A stretch of DNA of 64,000 nt from a virus. The DNA is taken from the IMG/VR virus record IMGVR_UViG_3300034152_001291, positions 60,704 to 124,703 of that record. The stretch is one strand, 5' to 3'. Both the position numbers and the translations under genes were made by a program. The notes below the pieces were generated by a model. It was not told the DNA's origin, did not search any database, and saw nothing but the letters and a program-made list of their open reading frames with translations. The first letter of the stretch is position 1, and each line of letters starts with the position of its first letter. Of the stretch, positions 47,649 through 56,173 are shown piece after piece.

Positions 47649-48313
47649 ATGAGTTCTCCGAACTTCAGGCTTGTCTGTAGCCACGACCACTGGCAGCACT
47701 GATGGGGGTCGTGGATGAGGTTCGACTCCTCCTCCCACTTGTCCATGATTTCTCCGACTCCTCTCGGACCTGCGTCCGGGGCGTACTCCCTTCCGAAGGG
47801 GTTGTAGGACAGGCTCTGGAGAATGTCCGAGTTGTATTTGGACGTGTCGAACTGGTGAATGACGACGAGAGGACGCTCGGCGAGCGGATAGGACTTCGTG
47901 GCCGACCCGAGATTGTCGGGCATGCAGACCTTTCCGCTTCTCTCCACGTTGGGGAGCGGGGCGTAGTAGAGGGGGTCCGACAGGTCCGACGCGAACTTCT
48001 TCATGAAGCGCAGGGTCGTCGACTGGCAGAAGCCGCCCGTAAACGACATCCGGAAGACGCGCCAGGGGACCGCGATGCGCCAGGAGCGGCTGCCGTAGAC
48101 CACCTCTATGAACTTCGGCGGGGTCATGACGGCGAAGATTTCTTCGGAGTTCGTCTTCTGGTAGGCCACGGTTCCGTATGGCAGGAGCGGGACGTGCACG
48201 CGTCTGGTCTGAATCTTTGCGAACAGGTGGGAGATGGATGTCTTCCTGACCCGGGTTACCGACAGCATTTCTGCGCTGTCTTCGTCCTCGGAGAGGAGGA
48301 TGATGTTCGGCAT
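47645..48313 (-). CDS. Prokaryotic E2-like enzyme (Prok-E2 family D / PRTRC protein B-like)
   Basis: PLYYAPLPNVERSGKVCM signature with catalytic Cys; F..S.YN; AGGAGG SD. Confidence 0.8.
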   Translation of the reverse strand: MPNIILLSEDEDSAEMLSVTRVRKTSISHLFAKIQTRRVHVPLLPYGTVAYQKTNSEEIFAVMTPPKFIEVVYGSRSWRIAVPWRVFRMSFTGGFCQSTTLRFMKKFASDLSDPLYYAPLPNVERSGKVCMPDNLGSATKSYPLAERPLVVIHQFDTSKYNSDILQSLSYNPFGREYAPDAGPRGVGEIMDKWEEESNLIHDPHQCCQWSWLQTSLKFGELI

Positions 48314-49359
48314 CGTTCGTTGGCCTCCTTCACCTGGTTGAACAAGGAGAGCAGGCGCTCGCCCTTCCTCGGGCTGAGCATGCTCACGTGGGCGATCTTG
48401 CCGCGCCACGTTTGGAAGGGGATCTCGCGGACCCGGTCCTTCATGAGGTTTCTCACCTCGTCGGCCTCGGGAGGCAAGGGATCCCCCACCCTGTGCCCTC
48501 GATACAGCGCGGACCTGATCATTTTCCGCGCCCCGTCCTCCAGGTAAAAACCTGCGGGAGAATTCCCCTCCCGCAGGTCGCACAGGGCGTTGAACATGTC
48601 GGCGCGCAGCGTGCGCCAGAATCTCCTCGGAGGTCCGATCCCCTCCTCGCTGATCTGGGCACCGCACACGACTCGAGAGGCCGGGCGCCGCTTGAATCTC
48701 GTTTTCTTCTCGTTGACGTAGAACCCGATCTCCTCGAGCACGTACTTGAGGATGAACTGGAGGTGGCGGACGTCGGGGTCATCCGACGCCAGCGTGATGT
48801 TGTCGCAGTAGATGGATAGTTTCGTCTGGTAGAGCGGGTTCGTCCGGGAGTTCACGGCGCCGATCAGCCGCGGCAGCATCTGCCACAGGACGGAGTGGGC
48901 CAGGACGGGAGAGGTCGGCGCTCCTTGGGGAAGGTACGTCGTTCTCCAAATCCGGGAGGCTCGGTAGGTCGACACCCGCACGGGAGTCTTCTTTTTCGTC
49001 CGGAAGCAGGTTCGGCTGATCTCCTCGATGAGTCCGTCCGGGACGGACAGGTGTACCAGCGCGGCCGTCACCATGGATCTCGTGACCGATCCGAAGAAGT
49101 CCTTGATGTCCATCTGCAAGATGCAGGAGGGGACGTGCTGCCCTTCAGGGTCGTCGAGGAGAAGCGCCTCCGCGTTGGTCCGGATGTTCTTCTTCCTGGA
49201 GTAGGCGTGCAGGTACTTCGAGTACCTGACGTAGGGTTGGAGCCTCTTGGCGAGCTCCTTTTGTCGGTTCTTGAGATCTCGGGACGGGACCTCGATCACT
49301 CGTCGTCCGCCCCCTTTCTTGGGGATCTCGATTCTGCGGTACCGGTTTCGAGTTGCCAT
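48256..49359 (-). CDS. Retron-like reverse transcriptase with atypical YCDN motif
   Basis: Y..IEIPKKGGG.R.I.VP, LK..Q, NA, MDIKDFFGSV, LPQGAPTSP, YCDN, F.VN.KK, VCG. Confidence 0.88.
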   Translation of the reverse strand: MATRNRYRRIEIPKKGGGRRVIEVPSRDLKNRQKELAKRLQPYVRYSKYLHAYSRKKNIRTNAEALLLDDPEGQHVPSCILQMDIKDFFGSVTRSMVTAALVHLSVPDGLIEEISRTCFRTKKKTPVRVSTYRASRIWRTTYLPQGAPTSPVLAHSVLWQMLPRLIGAVNSRTNPLYQTKLSIYCDNITLASDDPDVRHLQFILKYVLEEIGFYVNEKKTRFKRRPASRVVCGAQISEEGIGPPRRFWRTLRADMFNALCDLREGNSPAGFYLEDGARKMIRSALYRGHRVGDPLPPEADEVRNLMKDRVREIPFQTWRGKIAHVSMLSPRKGERLLSLFNQVKEANERCRTSSSSPRTKTAQKCCR

Positions 49360-49360
49360 G

Positions 49361-49402
49361 CTACAACGCTGCCAACAGGGCCTTGAGAACCGCCAGGATC
49401 AT
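49361..49402 (-). CDS. 13-aa hydrophobic leader peptide MILAVLKALLAAL
   Basis: AAGGAGG SD 5 nt before ATG; stop lies 1 nt before RT start. Confidence 0.5.
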   Translation of the reverse strand: MILAVLKALLAAL

Positions 49403-49424
49403 CGCCGCCTCCTTTCTTCAAAAA

Positions 49425-49560
49425 CCGTGGAAAGCCAGAGGTGGACAAGGGGGAGGGAGACACGGTGCCATTCGGTCGCGTCTCCTCCCCCTTGTCCTTG
49501 GAGGAGTAAAAGCCCAGAGAGGAAGAGGCGGGGGCCCACAGATGTGAGCCCCCGCCCGCC
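49425..49560 (-). ncRNA. Candidate RT-associated structured RNA (msr/msd-like)
   Basis: 13-bp hairpin 49527-49556 and 21-bp hairpin 49443-49497; mismatches become G-U pairs on the minus strand. Confidence 0.5.
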
Positions 49561-49562
49561 GT

Positions 49563-50063
49563 CTAGTCCTCGATCTCCTCCTCGACCTCCTCCTCGACCT
49601 CCTCCTCGACCTCCTCCTCGACCTCCTCCTCGGCCCCTCCTCGGCGGTAGAAGGCCTTTTCGGCCCTCTCCCACCGTTTGGAGGCCCGTCTCTCCGCGCC
49701 CTTCGGGACGCGGAAGCCGGCCTCCTCGAGGAGGCTCTTGGCCTCCTCGACCGAAGCGGGAATCTCGAGCGAGACGTCGTCCCACTCGAAATCCGAGGGG
49801 ATTTTGAGGTTATAGGCCGTCAGGGCGACCGCGAGCGCGGCGGCCCTGACGGGGTTTTCGTCGACGCCTGGGACGGCGTCGACGCGGGCGAGGGCGGCGG
49901 GGGAGGGCTCGAAGGGAGCCCCCTCTCCCCGACGCCATGCGTCGAGGACGAAGCCGGCTGTGAAGCCGGCTCCGAGGCCAACTCCGAGGCCGATTGCGGC
50001 TCCGACCGCGCCCATGTTGGCGCGGTCCTCCTCTGTGTCCTTTTTGAATTTGAAGAGTCTCAC
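49563..50063 (-). CDS. Membrane-anchored protein with (EEEV)n acidic tail
   Basis: AGGAGG SD before GTG; Gly-zipper hydrophobic segment. Confidence 0.65.
   Translation of the reverse strand: MRLFKFKKDTEEDRANMGAVGAAIGLGVGLGAGFTAGFVLDAWRRGEGAPFEPSPAALARVDAVPGVDENPVRAAALAVALTAYNLKIPSDFEWDDVSLEIPASVEEAKSLLEEAGFRVPKGAERRASKRWERAEKAFYRRGGAEEEVEEEVEEEVEEEVEEEIED
49576..49632. repeat. 12-bp tandem repeat encoding EEEV
   Basis: (CTCCTCGACCTC)n visible. Confidence 0.8.
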
Positions 50064-50150
50064 GACTCCTCCTTTCTGCCGGCTCCTCAGCCGGCACCTC
50101 TGGCGAACAGGGATCCGCTGCGCACACGCGCAAATTACGACCCTGTTCAC

Positions 50151-50208
50151 TCTTCTTATGACAAAGAGGCGAGGATTTTTTGCTCCTTTGTGGGATGGAG
50201 CTTATACT
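50151..50208. promoter_or_regulatory. Divergent promoter region
   Basis: Leftward CAAAAAA-N13-GTCATAAGAAGA; rightward TTGCTC-17 nt-TATACT. Confidence 0.6.
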
Positions 50209-50249
50209 TGCCTGTGAGAGCAGGAGGATAATCACAAGGGGAGGACATC

Positions 50250-50909
50250 ATGCCCAACGAGCCCAAGGTGACGGGCGGGCCCCGCGGCTCTTTCATCTCC
50301 GAGGCCAAGGTGAAAGAGGCGATTCAGGCGGGGAAGGCCGCCGAGGAAGAGAAGCCCCCCTCCCAGGAGGAGGACGCGCCCGAGGAAGAGGAGAAGGACG
50401 AGAACATCCCGGAGAAGGTGAACTCGGCCCTCGGGTTCATTCCCTACAAGACCTTCAAGAAGGTCTACAAAGAAGTCTGGGAGCAGGTGAAGAGCAAGCA
50501 GCACCTGGCCCAAGGCTACTGCCTGTACACCGAGGAGATGGCCGGCGGCGTCGAGGTCACCATGCGGACCTTCCGGACCGGGGAGATGAAGATCCTGCGC
50601 CGTCTCGCGCCCGCCGCCAACCCCGACACCGACTTCCAGAAGTATCTCGACGAGGACATGGAGCACCGGTCGTTCCAGATCATCCTGGGCCTCGTCCGAT
50701 TCGACGGGCAGGACCTCCCCGAGATTCCTCTCCCGACGGGCGACATCGGCAAGTGGCGCAAGAGCGACGAAGTCCAGGCACGTCTCCGTTGGGTGGACGA
50801 CCTTCCCGAGGAGATGACGGCGTTGCTGGGGAGTGTCCTGGCCGACGTCACGATCGCCTACAGGTACGCCCTTCGGGAGAACCTAAAAAACCAATATGCA
50901 CTCCCTTAG
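50250..50909 (+). CDS. Tail assembly chaperone (gpG-like)
   Basis: Slippery A AAA AAC near 3' end; upstream of tape measure gene. Confidence 0.65.
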   Translation: MPNEPKVTGGPRGSFISEAKVKEAIQAGKAAEEEKPPSQEEDAPEEEEKDENIPEKVNSALGFIPYKTFKKVYKEVWEQVKSKQHLAQGYCLYTEEMAGGVEVTMRTFRTGEMKILRRLAPAANPDTDFQKYLDEDMEHRSFQIILGLVRFDGQDLPEIPLPTGDIGKWRKSDEVQARLRWVDDLPEEMTALLGSVLADVTIAYRYALRENLKNQYALP

Positions 50910-51244
50910 CCTACCTTCGGGCGAGACTCGTCGCTAAGGGAGTGCCGCTCTCAGACTACGATCTTCTCGAGCAGGTCGACCTGATCGAGGCCGAGAAACG
51001 GATGGTCCTGGCCGACTTCGGAAAGGAGGTCGTCCGGATCTACGCGATGGCGAAAGATCCCAAGGAGGCCGACAAGCTGGTCTCCCACCTCAGGAAGGTA
51101 TACTTTGTTGATGAGAGCGACGCCGAGAAGCATCGCCTCAAGAAGCAGGCGGATGAGCTGATCTCGATGACCCAGTCGGTCTTCAAGGTCCGGAAAACGG
51201 CTTTCGGCGCCGCCGTCGAAATCTCGAACAAGGAAGGGCAGTGA
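50885..51244 (+). CDS. -1 frameshift extension of tail chaperone (gpGT-like)
   Basis: Open -1 frame with good codon bias and no own SD/start begins at AAAAAAC 50885-50891. Confidence 0.65.
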   Translation, partial: KKPICTPLAYLRARLVAKGVPLSDYDLLEQVDLIEAEKRMVLADFGKEVVRIYAMAKDPKEADKLVSHLRKVYFVDESDAEKHRLKKQADELISMTQSVFKVRKTAFGAAVEISNKEGQ

Positions 51245-51789
51245 GCGAGACCTACTACGCCGCGAACAAGACGGACCAGTTCATCGACATGGTCCGCGAG
51301 GGGGTGCGGGACCTCCGATCCGACAAGCTGCGCCCCTACTACGAGAGCGAGGAGGTCTCCCGGGACGAGGTCGAGGAGCGTGCCGCCGCCTCGACGGAGT
51401 TCCGGTCCGACAACGATCTCCCTCCCATCAGCCAGGCGCGGTTCGTCTCCCAGATCTCGGCTGCGGGAGCCAAGTCCTCCTTCATCCTTCTCGCCAATCA
51501 GATGGGCCTCGAGAGCCGGTATGTGGAGGACCTCTACGAAGAGGAGTCGGAGGGAAAGCTTCCCGAGATTCCCGGACTCGGGGATACGATCCAGATTCTC
51601 GTCCGCAAGGGATTCGCGATCGACCGGGAGGCTCTGGACGCTCTCTACCCCGGCGCCGACCTGTCGGGAGGGGAGAGGGTATTCCACCTCAGGGAAGAGA
51701 CGCCGACGGTCTGGGGAGAAGAGGATTCCCTGGTCGCGGCGAAGATGAGAAGGACCCGGACATTCGTTCGACTTTACGAAGGAGTTTGA
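51241..51789 (+). CDS. Hypothetical protein
   Basis: GTGA overlap, codon bias. Confidence 0.6.
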   Translation: MSETYYAANKTDQFIDMVREGVRDLRSDKLRPYYESEEVSRDEVEERAAASTEFRSDNDLPPISQARFVSQISAAGAKSSFILLANQMGLESRYVEDLYEEESEGKLPEIPGLGDTIQILVRKGFAIDREALDALYPGADLSGGERVFHLREETPTVWGEEDSLVAAKMRRTRTFVRLYEGV

Positions 51790-52100
51790 AGATGAGAAAG
51801 ACCGTTCTGGCCACGCTGCTTCTGCTGTTGCTGGTCTCGGGATGTTGCAGCGTCTTCTGCCCCGCGGGCATCGAGGGCGAGCGCCTCGCCGAGGTCAACC
51901 AGCAGTGGTGGGAGTTCTACACGTCCCACCGGAGACCGACTCCCGAGGAGGTCCAGGCGTACGACGCCCTGGACGACGCCGCCAAGGAGGAGTGGCGCCG
52001 GGCCGGCAAGCCGGTCGACCGTCCTCTCCTCGAGCTGAAGGTGGACGCCGTCCAGGACTTCAAGAAGGCCGTCGACATGGAGGCCGAGGCCGCGGACTGA
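51786..52100 (+). CDS. Lipoprotein (possible spanin or lysis accessory)
   Basis: Signal peptide with lipobox LVSG-C. Confidence 0.65.
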   Translation: MKMRKTVLATLLLLLLVSGCCSVFCPAGIEGERLAEVNQQWWEFYTSHRRPTPEEVQAYDALDDAAKEEWRRAGKPVDRPLLELKVDAVQDFKKAVDMEAEAAD

Positions 52101-52181
52101 CCTGGATTCTTACGTGGACGATTCGAGAGAAGAAAATCCAGGCGTTTGTCCATCCGAACCCACCCCATAAGGAGACGAGAC

Positions 52182-52622
52182 ATGCCCGAGAAATCCGCAG
52201 CCAAGGAGGCCGCGCTGGCGCTGCTCGACGGACTCGCGAAGAAGGGTCTCGACGACGTCAAGGACGAGAACGTCCGGTCCTACCTCAAGGAGTGCTGGGG
52301 CGAAATCCACGACCAGATGCCCGAAATCTTCGAGGTCCTCGCCGGCGACGGGGAGGTGATTCTCCGGGGGAAGCATCTCGACGCCAGCAAGGAGGTCCTG
52401 GCGAAGATGGAGAAGGATCTCCTGATGTTCAAGGACAAGGAGATCGACCGGATCGACTTCGAGGAGCTCCTCAAGATCCGGAAGGCGACCCTGTACTCGC
52501 TGTACAACGCGGCGAGGATCCAGCAGGCGCAGCCGAGCGTCCAGAAGATCCTTCTGGCGGCCGAGAGGGTCGTGTCCATCCTGCTGACCAAGGCCGTCCC
52601 CTACATCCTGATGGCTCTCTGA
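52182..52622 (+). CDS. Helical protein with hydrophobic C-terminus
   Basis: TAAGGAG SD; in lysis-like cluster. Confidence 0.65.
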   Translation: MPEKSAAKEAALALLDGLAKKGLDDVKDENVRSYLKECWGEIHDQMPEIFEVLAGDGEVILRGKHLDASKEVLAKMEKDLLMFKDKEIDRIDFEELLKIRKATLYSLYNAARIQQAQPSVQKILLAAERVVSILLTKAVPYILMAL

Positions 52623-52650
52623 GAGCCCGCTTTCCCGAAAGGAGAAGTCC

Positions 52651-52995
52651 ATGGACTGGCAACAGATCCTGTCGGCGGTCGTCACGGCCGTCGTGGGCAT
52701 CGCCCTTCCGCCGCTCTCGATCATGCTCCTGAACTGGTTGAAGAACCAGAGGTGGGTCCAGAAGGCCCACCTCGAGGACTTCTTCGCCGCGATGGTCCCT
52801 CAGGTCGTCCAGTGGGTGGAATTCTGGGCCGACCAGCTCGCCGCGAAGGGGGAGAAGCCCTCTGGCGAGGCGAAGATGGCGAAGTTCAAGGAACTGCTGA
52901 AGGAGCAGCTTCCGACGTCGGCGAAGATCACGGACGAGGAACTCATGCTGAGGGCGGAATCCGAGCTCGTCAAGATGAAGGCGAGTTTGAAATAG
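52651..52995 (+). CDS. Probable holin (LL-H-like)
   Basis: Single N-terminal TM, V..VE...SGEAK...IT.EEL...ES.L pattern. Confidence 0.6.
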   Translation: MDWQQILSAVVTAVVGIALPPLSIMLLNWLKNQRWVQKAHLEDFFAAMVPQVVQWVEFWADQLAAKGEKPSGEAKMAKFKELLKEQLPTSAKITDEELMLRAESELVKMKASLK

Positions 52996-53017
52996 GTTCC
53001 CAATTCCCTCTCCTTGG

Positions 53018-53052
53018 CCCCGCTCTTCGTTCGCGGAGGGCGGGGTTTTATT
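53018..53052 (+). terminator. Rho-independent terminator
   Basis: CCCCGCTCTTCG-TTCG-CGGAGGGCGGGG followed by TTTTATT. Confidence 0.75.
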
Positions 53053-53112
53053 ATCCCGAGCCCGCGGCGTATACTTAGGGACGAAAGACCCTGAAGAGCC
53101 GGAGACCGTAGA

Positions 53113-56100
53113 ATGGCGGACGGGGACCTCAGCGATTTCGCAGAACAGGCTCGACAGCGCTCCGAGGCATTCATGCAGCGGAGCCGCGAGCAGATGTTTC
53201 AGAACGTGCAGATGCCTTCCCAGGGCATGGGAGGGCGCGCCGCTCCCGGGATCGCCGGGGGATTCGCGGCGGGGGAGGACCGGCCCATGCCGGGCACGCC
53301 GGCGGGGCGCCTGCTCGACACCATCACCGACCTGGTTCGCAGAGGGACGACGTTCGGTGTCGGCGCGGGAGGGGCGGCGGTCGGAGGCTTCGCGCAGCCC
53401 ATCGCCGGCGGCTACGGGGCAGCGACCCAGGCGGCCGGGGGCGGCCTCGCGTTCCTGGCGGGGGCCGGGGCGTTCGGTCCGGCGGGCACGGGTGGCGGCA
53501 CGCAACTCGATCTCCAGCAGCGGATGAACTTCTTCCAGTCGGCGTTCACCGCCTACGGCAGCGGCCTTCCTTTCGGTCTCGGCCGGTACGCTGCTCAGCG
53601 CACGGACATGGAGAGACTCCAGGCCCAAGTCATGGCCCGGGAGGACATGGCTTATAGCATGGCCGGAGGCGCGCAGCGGGGTCTGTTCGGCGCCTTGAAC
53701 CTCGCCAGCTTCGGTCTGTCCAACTTCATGATGCGTCGCGAGGGAATGCTCCTCGAGACGACGAGATCGCAGGAATTCTCGCGCCGTCTTCAGGGACAGC
53801 TCCGTTTCTTGACGCGAGACGCCCTCGAGGAGGCGGGTCTGGGAGAGTACGCAGGCGTCTTTGCCGCGGGCGTGAGCCGCCGTGGTGCAGAGGCTTTCGC
53901 GGCGCCGATGATGCGGCAGCTCGGCCGGCTCGAGAGGGAGATGGGTCTCGATCCTTCCGAAGTCATGGCCCTCCAGGGACGGGCGATGGGCATGATGGGT
54001 GTGATGGGGGTCGAGAGGGCTGTTCGGGCCGGAGGTGCGGGAGAGCTGGGGCGCCAGGTCGGGCGCCAGACCTTCGCTGTTCGTGACATCCAGCAGACCC
54101 TGAACCTGAGCGAGGACGAGGCGGAGGAATTCTTTCAGACGATCGGGCAGATGTATGGAACGGCTGAGCGCGTGGCGGGGATGGCCCGCCAGGCCCGGCA
54201 GGCGGCGGGGCGTTGGGGCATGAGCAAGCGCGAGGTCTTCGACATCATGCGGGAGTTCGAAGACGTCGGGAGGGGCATGGCTCTTGGACAGACGCGGGCC
54301 CGGGAAGCGGGGATGGATCTCGTCGGGGCCATGCGGGCGCAACAAAGGGCCGGTCTTCTGACGAGGGAAGAACTCCTGATGTACGGAGGTCGAACCGAGG
54401 AGGAAGCCCTCCGGATTCAGGCCCGTACCCGGTTCCAGGCGGGAGTCGGGCTCTACCAGCAGGGGGCCCTTCAGGGACTGGGCATGATGATGACCCAGAA
54501 CCGTCCCGCTTACATGCAGTTCCTGACGGGCGGCATGGGGGCCATGGACGTCCGGGCAGCCGTGGGTCAGACGCTTGCCAGGGATCCCTGGGCGGGGCTC
54601 ACGGCCCAGTATGACCCGAGAACGACGGCGATGGCGGGTCGCCTTGGCTGGATGACACAGTACCAGATGGTTGTGGCAGAGGAACGCGGCGGCTTCTTCC
54701 TGAGTCAGAATGAATCCGAGAGAATTCGAAGATTCCAGGACCTCACCGGTATGCAGAATCTCGAGGCGGCCAGGTGGTACCGGGTTTACGAGAGGGAGCA
54801 GAATCGGTTCCGGGAGATGGCACGAAATGACCTCGGGGCCCGAGACCCGGATCAGGCAGCCCTCGAGATTCAGGGAATCTATCATCGAATGCTCGGGGAA
54901 GGGATGGGCGAATTCGCGGAAACGGTGACAGGAAGAAGGGACCCTTACGCCGCCGCTACGCGGTTGTGGCAGCTTGCCGGGGGTGGAACGGACCGGTTTG
55001 ACCCCAACGCCCGACTTGAAGATGTGTTGCTTGGGTCTGCTCAGCGAACTATCAGTCCGGAATTCACTGAGAGAATTGGGCGGATTCTGGGGCGCTCGGA
55101 TCACATGGATCCGTACTATATTCGGGCGGTGGATCTCGCAAGAGGAATCGGTGACGATGAGGAAGCAATAAGGATAAGATTTAGAGGGGCTACGCATTTC
55201 TTCCAGAATCGTCTTGATATTACAGGGGCAATCGAATCTTTAGGCGTCCGGGGTGCCAGCGAGACTATGCTGACCGAGATGTTTTTAGGAGGGCCCGGGA
55301 GAGCGCCCGGAATTTTCGGAGGGCGGGAAGGAGAACATGTTCGTGTGCAGATCACGCCTCAAGGCAGGGTACGGGTGACGCACTCGAGTCTGGGGGGAGG
55401 GCCCAGAGAAGTCAGTCTTCAGGAGCTTCCCTCTACGATAGAATCTCTGAATCTGCCTGAAGGAGTGCGGAGCAGGGTTCTAACCAATATCTACGAAAGA
55501 CTGACGGGACGAATGCGGTGGCTGCGCCGTGGCGGACTCCAGGAGACTTTGCAGGGGGCAGTAGAGCGTGGAGATATTTCCGTCATGGCTCAGGCAGCCT
55601 ATGAGCGCCTGATCATGGGTCGACATCGAGGGCTTGCTGAGAATCTGTTTCCGGGGATAGAGATGGACGGGATAGAGGACCGGACATTGACGGCCTTTGG
55701 CGCTCCAGAAACCATGAGAGACTTGGTCGGAAGAACCGCAAACCTCGAGGTGATCGAGAAAAGTTACCCGTCAGAGTTTCGTCGTATCCAGGAGTATCTC
55801 AGAGGCCAAGGACTCGAGGGTGTTCTCGGGTTCACCCGGGCCTTTCACGGAAGGTCCGGAGGGGGACTGGCCGTCCAGGATTGGGGCCGTCTTTCCACGC
55901 TGTTCGGAACCACGTCGAACACGGCGGCCTCTCTTCGTGCCGCCGTGGAGACGGCTGGGATCGACATTGACGGCCTGAACATCGAGCAGGCACTCAAGGG
56001 AGCGGGGCAGGCGAGAAGCCGGCTGGAAAAGATTCTATCCATGTCTCCTGTTGCCACTCAGATCTTCAACCAGGTCGTCGGCAACCAGGAGAGGGAGGTG

Positions 56101-56172
56101 AACCAGATACGTGATGGCTCGTCTCCTGAAAAGGCTTTCTGGGTGGTGATCAAGAAGGAGGAGAAGCCCTGA
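53113..56172 (+). CDS. Probable tape measure protein
   Basis: 1019 aa, Gly/Ala/Met-rich helical; between chaperone and baseplate genes. Confidence 0.6.
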   Translation: MADGDLSDFAEQARQRSEAFMQRSREQMFQNVQMPSQGMGGRAAPGIAGGFAAGEDRPMPGTPAGRLLDTITDLVRRGTTFGVGAGGAAVGGFAQPIAGGYGAATQAAGGGLAFLAGAGAFGPAGTGGGTQLDLQQRMNFFQSAFTAYGSGLPFGLGRYAAQRTDMERLQAQVMAREDMAYSMAGGAQRGLFGALNLASFGLSNFMMRREGMLLETTRSQEFSRRLQGQLRFLTRDALEEAGLGEYAGVFAAGVSRRGAEAFAAPMMRQLGRLEREMGLDPSEVMALQGRAMGMMGVMGVERAVRAGGAGELGRQVGRQTFAVRDIQQTLNLSEDEAEEFFQTIGQMYGTAERVAGMARQARQAAGRWGMSKREVFDIMREFEDVGRGMALGQTRAREAGMDLVGAMRAQQRAGLLTREELLMYGGRTEEEALRIQARTRFQAGVGLYQQGALQGLGMMMTQNRPAYMQFLTGGMGAMDVRAAVGQTLARDPWAGLTAQYDPRTTAMAGRLGWMTQYQMVVAEERGGFFLSQNESERIRRFQDLTGMQNLEAARWYRVYEREQNRFREMARNDLGARDPDQAALEIQGIYHRMLGEGMGEFAETVTGRRDPYAAATRLWQLAGGGTDRFDPNARLEDVLLGSAQRTISPEFTERIGRILGRSDHMDPYYIRAVDLARGIGDDEEAIRIRFRGATHFFQNRLDITGAIESLGVRGASETMLTEMFLGGPGRAPGIFGGREGEHVRVQITPQGRVRVTHSSLGGGPREVSLQELPSTIESLNLPEGVRSRVLTNIYERLTGRMRWLRRGGLQETLQGAVERGDISVMAQAAYERLIMGRHRGLAENLFPGIEMDGIEDRTLTAFGAPETMRDLVGRTANLEVIEKSYPSEFRRIQEYLRGQGLEGVLGFTRAFHGRSGGGLAVQDWGRLSTLFGTTSNTAASLRAAVETAGIDIDGLNIEQALKGAGQARSRLEKILSMSPVATQIFNQVVGNQEREVNQIRDGSSPEKAFWVVIKKEEKP

Positions 56173-56173
56173 T

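Noticed and set aside
48256-49560. Group II intron
   Set aside because: RT is short with no maturase or endonuclease domain; no domain V-like hairpin seen downstream, where the E2 gene overlaps it.
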